Of a stretch of 64,000 nt of DNA, positions 29,201 to 41,200 are shown piece by piece. Source of the DNA: Phoronis australis. Its lineage: Eukaryota; Animalia; Phoronida. Numbering within the stretch: position 1 is the stretch's first letter; every line of letters starts with the position of its first letter. Location: positions 628,438 to 692,437 of the forward strand of contig NMRA01000127.1 of the NCBI GenBank assembly GCA_002633005.1, given 5' to 3'. Below the pieces are notes generated by a model. That model ran no database searches. It saw nothing but the letters and a program-made list of their open reading frames with translations, and had not been told where the DNA came from. A program made the position numbers and the translations under genes.

Positions 29201-32200
29201 TCTGAGTAAAAGTATGAACAATGGTAACTGGTATAGTCTCAGCTGTTCTGGCTCTGAGTTGAGTACGTCATGGGAGCCATCTGTTTTCAAAACTGTGACC
29301 AAAATGGCGGAAAATATCAACGAGATGGAAGATCTTCATGCTGAACTTGAGGAGGCGCAGTCCAAGAAAGAATTTTTGTACCGAGCTCATAATTTGGAAG
29401 ACTACAAATGGAGAGCAGAAAGAGACCTGGGTTTAAAAAAGAAATCAACTTTTGTTGATGAAATTGTGCCAATTTACCAAGATTTTGATGGACAGATTAA
29501 TCTGAATACAGAAGTTAAACGAAAGCCCTCTAGCGACAAAGACTTGAAACGGTCTTTATCTTTCAGTGAGTTGAAACACAAGTACACAGAATTGGAAACA
29601 AAGTCGGAAGATAGTTCTGCTGCATCAAAGCGACGGAATTCAGAATCCACTTTGAGTTTCGACGAACTTATGAAGGCATTCGATAATATTGACTGTAGTG
29701 AAGAGGGCATTGAGCTTGAAGCTCGTGTAGCAGTTCTCGAGCAGGAAAGACGGTCTTCATCTTCGTCTTCATTCTCTTCTTCATCTCTCAGTGAAGAAAG
29801 TGTCATTCTTCGTAATCCAGACGTGCTTTCTCAATCAGCTTCATCTCTTCAAAAGGAAACGGACCGTTTTGTTGATGTTACAAAAAGTGATTTTTCACTT
29901 CCTTCACAAGCTAAACCAGCTCTACAAGTGCGAGCCTTTTCAGAAATTTTCGATTCTCCTCCTAAAAACATTTCTGGTCCAATCAGATCTTTTTCTGCAA
30001 AACAATCTAACTTTGCATCACCGCAATTTTCCTTTGACAACCCAAACATTGAAGACAAAAGCACAGAGGTTGTTGCTGATGAAAATCCCGTCAGATCACT
30101 TGATCGTGCCACTTTTAAACCTAAGAAAGTTCCATCTATAGTTGACAAATTCAAGGACTCCCTGGTTCTCAGCTCTAAAGCTGAGGCTAAAGTCAGGAAA
30201 AGCTACCAGTTGAGCAATTCCCAAGCTAACTTTGACGATTTGAAGCTTTGCTTTGAAAATGGCCAGTCAAAGCAACTTAGTGTTGCTTCAAAAAAGACAA
30301 CAGGGTTGAACTTTCTGCACACTAAGCGGCTATCCAAGTCAGAACCAAATCTTGACAATTGTCCTGATGCTGATGACTTTCCGGAAAACAATAGTTCGCC
30401 TGGGGATGGCAAAGTTCATTTGCCTGTATTTTCGACTGTCTTTTCTCCTGTTAAGCATGGACGAAAACTGGTGGCTGAATCCCCTTTTTTAAAAAACAAT
30501 TCTCCAAAACCGTTTATTCCTCACCAAACAAGCACAGTTACAAAATCATTTTCTTCTGTTCGACCATTGATACAAACCTTTAATTCTTCAGCCAAGCCAG
30601 GTAAAGCCGATGACATTCCAGGAACCACTATCAGTTTCAACTGCAATCCATCAGTTGCGCAGTCTGTGTACCACAAAAAAGCAGCTGTTCATACCCCAGT
30701 GTTTTCGTCGGTTTTCACAAAACAGCCCAAGACACCTGTTGGTCAGTGTTATAAGAAGCCTGCTCTCCATACACCTGTTTATGCATCTGTCATTTCAAAA
30801 CCAGTCCAGGTATCTTACGTTGAGCAGCCAGTTGTGTTGAAACAATATGGCGTACTTGCTTCCACACCATTTGAGTCACCCCAGTCTCTCTCTCCAGAGC
30901 CTCCCGAGGTACCGTCCAAGAATTTCCCAAGGCAGTTAAATGATCCGGCAGAAAAAGAAAATGGAAGTAATCCGTCCCATAAAAATCTGCCTGCTCCCTC
31001 TGGCTTTGCTTTGATTGGGAAGCCTGCGTCTCCGGCGTCGTTCCAAGTAAGGAATTTCCGTCCTTTAGCTGTGGAGAATGAATCCAAGTCCAGTGAGTGT
31101 CTTGAAAAACTGAGGTCTGATAAACAGCCCCCTGGCACTAGTGAAAAGCAAGGTGATGAAAAGGACAGATATCCAAATCTGGAGGAGCTTAGAAAGGAAG
31201 TACTAGGTGAAACACATCCAGGACCTGAACAGTATCTTAGCAACAAGCATTACAATCCAAAGCAAATGAGACCAGATTTTATTGATCGCAGTTTTTCACG
31301 CGATTCTGCCTTTGCTAGTGATTTGAGTCCTTCTTCACCTATAAAAGATTCTCCTAGAAGTTTCAAATCCATCAAGGAAATGAAAATGTCGAGTTCAAGC
31401 AGATTCACGCGGACTTTGTCAGAAGGCACAAATATTGCTGAGTCTTTAGAAGATGTTAAACCTTTGACTAGGAAATCGAAGTCCTTCACAGACTTTCTTC
31501 TGCGAAGTAATGACTTTGACGAGTTACGGTCCATGTATGAGAAACATGGCGGATATTCTGATGATGAAAGTAGTGATGATGAACTGTCCTTATTCAACAT
31601 TCGCCGAACTGTATCAGGTGATCTTAGCGACATTAAAAATAAATTTGAAGACAGAGGCAGGTTTAATGTTGAAAATCTTGACATCCCCTCACCACCTCCC
31701 CCACCCCCATTGCCACGAACCTTTGGTGTGTTTGGATCTAAACAAACTAACAAAGTAATCATTGGACATAGATTTGGACAGGTTGATCAGTCAGCAAACA
31801 GGACATCACAATTAAAGCAGAAATTTGAACAAAAGAAACCAGAAAGCCTTTCATACAATAAGTCAGGCATTCCACCGATGTTGCCTCCTCGATCTTATAA
31901 GAAATATCACACACTGCCTAGCACCAAACCTCGCCAAGGCTATGGAGGTCGTCACCTTGGCAACAATTCAAAAGGTTAACATTAGTTCAGGTTTTTTGAT
32001 GTAGTCCTCTGTGGTGTACCTTCTTTTGTTACCAGTTTTTGTTCGGTCCGCATGGCCCTGTGTGTGCTGTGTTGGTTTGCCTTTCAGATCATCATTTGGC
32101 AGCTTTAGAGGTCAGACGTCTCGCACTGCCCACCTATACACTGCTTGATTAGTGTTTATTATTTTTAGGAATGTTGTGATTTAGATTTTGTTTGATCATC

Positions 32201-35200
32201 TTCTTGATTTTTCGGCAATTAGTTTCAACTGGATCTTATTGGTTGTCTGTTGTTTTGTATCAGTGGAGCTTGGGCCCGTGCCCCAATCTGTCACCCGAGT
32301 CATCACGCCCAAGTCTCCTCCGGTTGGCAAAGTCAAAAAACCACGCCCGCGAAGCAGTCTGTCGGCTGCAGAGCAGCTCGGAGTCAAAAGCCCTTCGCCA
32401 ATCAAAATCAATGCTGGAGGTATTCTTGTGGGGTCGCTTCTCAACATCGTTTATTGACGTCCTTCAGTGTCCTTAGCTTAGCATGCGCTGCTTGAGTCCT
32501 CTCACTGCGTAGTCACACTCCTAACTAAGTCACTGTTGTATAACTAATCCATTGTAATTTGGGTGCTACTTCACATACTAATCCGATGCTTGAGGTGTGG
32601 TTGTGGTTTTTTTCTCATTGCCTAATGTCTAGTGCTGTGCACTGGATGGTGTTGAGAACTATAGAATGGCATGTTGAAGCTAGTTGTTTGGAGTTCCATG
32701 TAACTATCACATGTGCACTGTTTTGTGTCGGTCGTCTGCATCATAATTTTGTGCTGTTTGTACTAGAAAGACCACGTTGGTGGGTTTTGGTGAGGATTTA
32801 AAACAGGGTAGATTATGTTGTTAGCATTTAAAGGAACATGCATTTTTGATATTTTTTTAATTTTCATTATTTTATTTGTATCAATGGGATGTGGTAAAAT
32901 GTCACTAATGTAAGACAGAATGAATCCATCATGAGAATTGTTTTTCAATTAATCATTTTAGGGTAAATTCTACGGTATATCACAGGTACCATCATACAAT
33001 GTTTGAGAAACTGTGGACATTCACAACATTGTTAGTAGCCTTTTGAAAATGAAAGCTATATTTTGGCTATTATTTTGTTTGAAGTTGGTGGTATTTTATC
33101 ATACGGTCCCAAAATTTGCGGTGTGCATATGTTTTGCTATTTGTATGCAGTATTGCAAAATACAGATGGGAGGTGTCACTGGGCAGTTCCAATTATCTCC
33201 ATTTTAGAAAGCTGGTGCTTGAAAAATGACCATGAACTCTGGACTTGAAACACAACTTGGAACTAAACGCACAACTTGTAATGTTACAAACTTTTTTCTG
33301 TAGAAATAGTGACAAAAAAGACTTCCCTACTCTTGCAGGGAATTTAACCGGTAATTTGAAAAGGCAGACACTTTCGTTCAGCTTTGGAAAGTCACTCTTT
33401 TGTTTAACGTATCTCTTGTGCACCATCTATGTAATTAAGACCCCCTGGACAGTTTGCGTGTCTCATTGTATCAGACAATACATCAGTGTTGGTGACAATT
33501 TTGCATTATTTATTAGCGTCAATCAATATTTTGCAATTTTTTACCCTAATTTGTGTTCACCTAAGCAATTTTCGAAATGCCACTTAAATCCCTTATCACA
33601 TTTGTTAACTGTGTCCTTTGTCGTGGAAAATTTACTACATTATTTAAAATTTTCTGTCCTCTAACCATAAATATTATAACCCCGTTCACATTTAACTTTT
33701 TTTGAGTTCATAGTTAGTGACGTTATCATTATCGTGTTTTGTATTATTCTTTTAGTTTTACATAAAATTGTGAGCATGATATCTGTGACCGTGGTCTTTC
33801 AAGCATGTTGATTATTGATGACTGAAGTAGAGTGATTTGTATAATGTCTACATTTTGTTCAAGAATCGAAAATTACCAAGCATATTCCAGTGTCCGTTAA
33901 TTTATGGAATAACACTTTAACACAGATTTTATTCAATTATTAAACATTCAAAAGTATTAGCATCATTTTGTTTTTACATTCATAATTGCTAAGTTCGTCA
34001 TGAATTGCATGTCTAATAACACAGTCTTATCTCTGCTCAAATATTTCGTTGGTCTTGTATAATTTTGTTAATGCTGGTATTGCTTTCCCACAGTGCCCGC
34101 ACACCACTACTCCAGTTCAGACGTTCCAGTCAACAGGAGTCCGGCAGGTTCGATCGACCGCAAAACACGAGATGAACGCGAGGCCAAACGCAAAGAAATT
34201 CTCGTGAGTTGACAATTTCCTCATATTCCAATATCCAGAATATCAAAGCTATTTTTCTTGTCATTTGACTTATCTGTGAACGGTGCAGATTAGCATATTA
34301 ACTACGCGTTTACTAAAACAGTGTTTTAAGTGGTGATGTTCTAGTTGTATCGTTTGATCTTATTTAAGAGGAGGCATTGCGGCCTAGTGGGATAATTGTT
34401 GCTTCCTTCACTCAAGGTCGTGGGTTCGAGTCCCAGTGGGGCACACTGCTAGACCCTTGAGTCAAGTCTACAACTCCTCTGCTCGGTTTTAACTGTATAT
34501 TAATAAAGCATAAAAATGGTCCCAAGCTATATGTGGAATGGCCTCAACTGAGCGGCCTGTGCACTTCTGGTGCAATGTGTACCAGACCACCTGCAATTTT
34601 TTATTTTTTTGAAAATTTGATATCCGTTAAAAGAGTGACAACAGTTAGATCTAAGATGGCCTAATCTCCTAGACTACCCTAGTACAGTGACGTCACATTT
34701 TCTATCCTATTTTGGCAATTAGTTTGGTATGAAATTGAAGACAGATTACTCCATTCCAGTAGCCACAGAGTATGAAAACTGTTGTTTTGTCTCTCGTGAC
34801 TATTTTTCAGAAATCATCTGTTGATTAATTTGCCAAAACAGCCCATAATTTGTTGCTTTTTGAACAATATCTTTATCTTGTGACTTCCTACAGGGGTTGC
34901 TATCTCCTTCGCTGTTCTTTGATTCAGTGTTTTAAATTCAGAATGTGCAAACTATCCCCAAGGGTACGGTGAAAATTCTTCACTTGAGACAAGTGGGATT
35001 TCATTTAGTCAAACCTCTTAATTTAAATTTTTAAGAATGTTTTGCTTTGTTGAAAGTTCAAGCATTCATAGCAGTTGATGAAGTCTATGGAAAGTGAAAA
35101 TGGCAATTTTATCAATTGTTTGTGTCTCAGAATTGAAGAATTTGAGCTGTTACTTATTTTAGGCTACTGTGATTTTGAACATCTCTTGAGATTTTAATCG

Positions 35201-38200
35201 AGTTAATGTGCTGATTCGTTTTTCAGCGCCAATATGAAGAAGAAGAGAGGAAGAAAAAAGTGATTGAAGAGCAGAAGAAGAATGAAGCCAGGCGACACTC
35301 TGACTACTTCACGTAAGTTTCATGTCCAATTTAACATTGGTTCTAGGCTTGTTTTGAATTGAAACTAAAAAGATATCCTTGCTCAGCTGATCTTGTTGTT
35401 ATTCCCTCATGTTTGTTCCCAGTATCCACCAAAGGGCTATCTTAAGTGGCGCCATCTTTTGACAAGCCTCAGTGCCATTGGACTTCTGCTGCTCAGTGAG
35501 GTTGAGCAGTATCTGTTCATTTCACTGTTTTCCATGCGTTTTAAAAATGTATACAAATCTTGGAAAGAAATTCCTACAAAATGTGCCTCGAGACTGCAAG
35601 TTTACCTATAATGACAAGGACAGGAAAGTATACGATTTTGTTTACACGTGAAGCATTATTATTTGAGAAGCAGTGTTTAGAAAGGATGATTGACTATCAC
35701 TCTGTATTCTGTAGCTACTGGTTGCAATACCTGTTCTCACGTCACCCTAACGAGGTTGACTTAGAGGGCCTGTGGTACGTCTGCCATTGTTGTCTGCTGT
35801 TGTCTTCTGCACTGTGTTGTCTGCGTCGTGAAATGAGTTTCAGTGTCTTTAGTATATGCTGCTTAGTTGTGATGAACAAAATGTTCCTTAGATTTTCTCT
35901 GTTGAAACTTGTTCAAGTTAGTCCATTTTGGTTGTAGTCCTTCCTGTAGATCAAGCATCAGTATGTCGTTGTTTATGTGTTTTACTGTTGTCAGTGTCTA
36001 TGACTGGACAGTTGCTCAATGGATCGAACCTTTGTTCACAAGGTTTTATGTCACCATCTCGAAACACAGCAAACTTCAGATTATATTCAATGTGTCCTAT
36101 CAGATTTTCAACTTGGTTCGTCTAAGTTGTCTAAGTCTTGGAGCGTGCTTAGTCCAGTCTCTGTAAGATGAAAACTTGGGATATGCATGAGCATCCCTTT
36201 GAACAAAAACTAATTGCAAGTGGTCTGGTACACATTGTACCAGACATGCGCAGACCGTTCAGGTAGGCCCACGGCACACATCACCTGGAATCATTTTTTT
36301 ATGCTTTATTAATGTAGAGTTAAAACTGAGCTGGGGAGATAGAAGCGTATGACAATGTGCCCCAGTGGGACTCTGAACCCACGACCTTGAATGAAGGTAG
36401 CCGACACTTATCCCACTATGTCACACTGCCTCCTTAGAATTAAGCTAATGGTCAATAACTTGACCTTCATTCTTCAAACTATTTCTAGAACATGGCGAGC
36501 TGAGCCAACCATGCCAACCACAGTGTTCTGTAGACAGGTGTTTTGGATAGACCTGAAAATGGCCAATTTTTCTCTTTTGGTCATCCCTTAATTTAACATA
36601 ACGAAGTGAAATATAACATTCTGAAAATTTATTCACAATTTGGAAAAAAATGACTGTCACAGTGCTTCATTTTTTTTGATTTTGAATGTCTTATTGTGGT
36701 TCAATTTGCTGTGTGTGGTAAGTCGAGTCATGTTTATTATGTCATTCATTGAAAAATCATATTGTGTTTGTTGTTGTAGTTGTTTTCCCTAACGGTTGTA
36801 TCTCAAGTGATAACCACATAGTTGGACATTGGTTTGATGTTACTTAGCAGTCGAGGTCAACTTCGATGTTTTCAGGCTTGATGGGAGACTAGTGAGATTG
36901 ACAATAGGTGTCGACACATGTAGCCAGTTTTTCCAGGGAGAAATATTGGAAATGAACTTGAGAGTTATGTCAAGCTCTGGTACAACTTAGTGCGTGCAAT
37001 TATTCTGGAGTTTGATTTTTTTTTTACTAACCCCAAAGGCTTTTTGATGATGAATAAGATGATTGTGGTAATTTCCTGTGAATATATTGCTGACATTGGT
37101 ATCAGTGTTTTCTTGTTAAATATAATTTTTAAATGCATTCGAGCATTCTTTGCTTGTTGTCTCACTCACTATCAGTCCTTAAAAATCTTAATTACATCAT
37201 TGTTTAGCCATAGTAAGATTAAAAAACGGACAATCACCGCACAAAAAAAGTTCATGTTCGTTCAATGTTTCGTCTAATTTCTTTATTTGTGAGGCGATTG
37301 TCCGTTTTTTAAAAAATCTTATTTTGGTAGTTATTTGATTACCTCAAGTGTGTTAATATACTGTAAAAATTCTCCAGTTTGTGACAGTAAAAATTAAATT
37401 ACTTTGTTCAAGGTTGAAGCTTATCCCCAATTTTAGAAATATGTAATACTGGAGGCTTAATTTCAAGAATGATGACGACATACCTGCGTTCACTTCAACA
37501 TTAAACACTATGGGAGCGCTTGAAAACATTGCATTGCCGGCAGTTTTCTATGATTTTATGAACTGTCTGGTGTATTTTCAGTTTCCGTTGATTCACAATG
37601 TTATGTCCAATGTTCGAGAAATATGATAAATGCCAAAATCACCCTCGTCCCAATCTTTAGAAGCAAGAAAATTTGTGTCCCAACTTTTTGTGATTGTCCC
37701 AAACTGGTAATTTTTTATGGTATTTTTCAGTTTTAAAAGAATCTCCTTTGTGTATCCCCGTACATGACTTCTGTGAAACAAGCCCACTCATACATAGCCA
37801 AGGTGCTTAGCATAACTTGAACAATTATTTTCAATGGTTTTATATTTTTCGGAAGCAGACATTTAAAACAGTGAGCCTCTGTTTGTTGTGGGTCTTCAGA
37901 AAGGGTGTACTCGGACACTTGCCAATTATTTTATCCTCCATATATTGGATTTAGTCATTTTTGTTGTCATCGAACAGTGAGATAGGGTAAAAAAACATTT
38001 GAGCAGATGTGCTATGGAAGACCGAACATATTGTTTGTTCTTTTCAGCAGAAATTCTCAATTCTCTCCATCTTGACATTTGACCCTGATTACTACTTTTA
38101 CAACACTGATATTGTAATTCATTTTCTTCTAAATAGGTCCAGGCCTTAATTTGAAATGACTTGAGAATTAACTTTCAAATACACACCCTGGAGCTTATGA

Positions 38201-41200
38201 TAAAAATTCATCAATTTAAGCCAAAAATATATAAATTGCCATTTTCCTATTTCTCAGAAGAAAGACTTCAATCATCCTTGCATTTAGGATTAAACTTTAC
38301 TGAGTGTTGCTTGTTAACGGCTGTACAATATTTCCAGGAAAGTTTGATGTTGAGAAGTCTGGCAAAATATAATTTCACCCATCCAGAATTTTTATTGTAA
38401 TATCAGAAAGTTGTTAGTGCTAGTGTACTAAACTACTGTGAATGACAGTGGTGCCTTAGTCGTGTTCATTCTTACAAGTGGCTACTTTGTCCAGTCCAAA
38501 TATGTACAGTAGCTATTTCAGGTCAGCTTCAGTATAATTTCACACTTCTTGTTGGGCTTCAAAGAATGGACAGTTGTTTGAATACATCTGCTGCACATAT
38601 TTCATAGTTTTCTATCCTCAGAGATTGACTGGCTGCAGTTTGATAAGGCCAAGCAAACATTTTCCCTTTCCATTGATGCTGTGTGGTGGTGGGGAGCAGG
38701 ATAAGGAACTATTTTTCATCATATTCCTGGGCAATTTTCAGCTTGGAATCTTGTTTTTTGTTCATTTTCTGTTTTGTGCTGTGCAGTCAAATTCGTCTTT
38801 AAAGAAGATAATTTGAAACTCATTACCCTAGTTTTTCCTTTTTTCCTTTTATATAAAATTGAAGTGCATCAATTTTCGATATTCATCTACTTCGCCTATT
38901 CACATTCATTTTTGCTTTGTCTTTCATGGTTGCTTTGCTGTCCTTCTCATGTGCACTTTCTGTTTGTTGCCTGTCAACCAGTCTTAAAACGAGTGTTCTC
39001 GTTGCCTTGGCCTGATGTGTAAGTGTGTTTAAGCTCCCTCTTCAGAGATTCAAGCTAACAAATTGAGAGTCCCAGTAGAATCATCCCAGAACAACTGGGT
39101 TATCTTGATCTCTGCTGTTCTGCTGGTTGTTGCAAACATGTTCCCACTGTGATAGCCTGGTAGACGAGTACCACTGGTTCTGTGCTGTTGAGCGTGGTTA
39201 CAAATTGGAAGTCTCAGTCAGTGAATCCAGATTTAACACTGCTGTGCTAAGTTGGAGGTCTCTGTGTATCCAGGTCTAAACACTTGGGTTGTTTGTATAC
39301 TTCAGACTGCTTCAGCCTTGTAGGTAGGTTTGGCTCTTGGTGTCCGAATTGTAGTAGTTGTTGAGCATAGTGTATTTTGCCTTGACCTTATTGGACCCTG
39401 TCCACACTAGGTGGACATATAAACAAGAAGTTGGAAGACTTTAAGTGCTAAACACACTTTGAAATTAGAAATTTCTATTAACTAGTATGTTGTCTTTTAG
39501 TGTGAATATTGCTAACTATTAGCAAATGGACACACGGACTCATATTTAGACTTCCTAGCTTGGACTGAAGTAAGTTAGCATTGGTGTCTCATAACTTGTT
39601 AACAGCAGCTCATGGGGGAACATTGGCCTGTATAGGATAAAAGGTTGATTAACATATTCTGTAAGATACAATTAACTTGCTGCAGACCCTTGTCTCCTGT
39701 AGAAAAAACAACACAGTATAACAGCAATTTGGCCCTGGGTCTTAAAAACACAGTTGCACTTCATTGGTCCCGGATGCCTTGAGAAATCCTGGGCGAACCC
39801 CTGATATGTAAGCAGTATATGTAAACACCTGAATTGTTGGTCTTATGATTTGTATTTTATTACATTCCTAAAATGAAAATTCAGTCGACTAATGTGGATT
39901 TTAGAAAATCAGGACCACCATTATAAACTGTGGTTAGTCTAAAAGGCTAATTTTTCTTTTGATTACTTGTGAGTCAAAGATGACATTCAACCCATAAAAT
40001 CCACAGGAATTTGAGTGTCTGTGAGAATGACTTTTACCATTCACACCGTTCCAAGTTACCTAAAATAGATTGCCCGCTAGTCTGCTCAGCCAATACTAAT
40101 TTTTTACCGACTAGAAATGTATACTAACGAGATCTCCATATGTTCAGTGCTCTGATCACGGCATACCTAGGTAAGGTTTAGACCTGAACCATATACGTTA
40201 GGTACTTGCCTGATGGATCTCTGTATAAGAATTTTCATTAAATGTTGATGAGCTGAGGTAAACGGGATCGGTGGACGTTGGACTGGTCAGTTGGTTGTGT
40301 GCTCATGTAGGTAACTGTAGATAGTGCAATGTTTAGGCATTACATATTTTTGACTTTACATGAAGGATGGCTGAAGTTGCTATCCCCAGGTATGTTATTA
40401 CAAGTTTGTAACACCGTATAATTTTGAGGCCAAAATAATTGCGAAAAATGATATTTTTTTTCAAGTTCAAAGGTTTACTTCATTGATGGATATTCTTACT
40501 TTATTCCGCATGTTGATGTTGACGGAGTTATGCTGTACAAATCGTGCCTTCAACGATGTGATATCTTGTGAATTCATGCTGATGTGAACTTCTGCTAAAG
40601 GAAATTCCACATTCCTGCCATATCGCTCCGTAAATTGAGTGATCTTACCAGTTTTTGGGATGATTTTTGTATTTTGTTGTTGTTTCTATATTTGGGTTGT
40701 TTTAGATATCCAGTAGATGAATGAATCAGCTGTCATTACTGCTCCAGGTAGTGTCAACTATTTCTCTCATATAGTTCTGATCAATAATTGTCACTGCACA
40801 CCGCAATCGGTGTCGTTATTCAACTGTATTCTATTGCAGTCATCTCGTGTCGTCTAATGCGCGGTGTTTTGCATTGGCAGTTCACAAATAGCAGGTGTTT
40901 CTTTGAATGTTAGAGATGGAAACCTGATGTCTGGTATTCACTCGGGAATTGTTCTGTAGTCATTCACATCGTGTATTGGCTCCACTCTTTTGCTTTCGCT
41001 TTGTGACTGTAGGTTGTACCGTGGTAGGTAGAGGGTTACGTACTTGTTATTTTATTTTGCCAACCTAATCCGGTTTGGAAATGATCTTGATCGAAGACGA
41101 TTTTTCATTTTGTTGTGTACAAGGTGTACCACACTCATTCATCATTACAATTATTTTTCATAATTTTCACTGTTATTACTCTATTATTACTATTTATATC

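Noticed and set aside
28441-31762. Overlapping and antisense ORFs within the giant exon
   Set aside because: Shadow ORFs expected from a long coding frame, with no independent signals.
27915-31979. Stand-alone intronless 1354-aa gene or transposon ORF
   Set aside because: The ORF start is a TTG in intron-like sequence. Splice sites and phases tie it to the flanking SORBS exons, and there are no RT, integrase or transposase motifs.
34371-34446. Possible tRNA gene
   Set aside because: A and B boxes are present, but there is no clean cloverleaf and the sequence continues into a body shared with a second copy, so it is a SINE head.
38982-40750. Possible extra exons in the 8-kb intron (near 38982, 39046, 40706)
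   Set aside because: Splice-like signals exist, but each has a stop in the phase needed to follow exon 35312.
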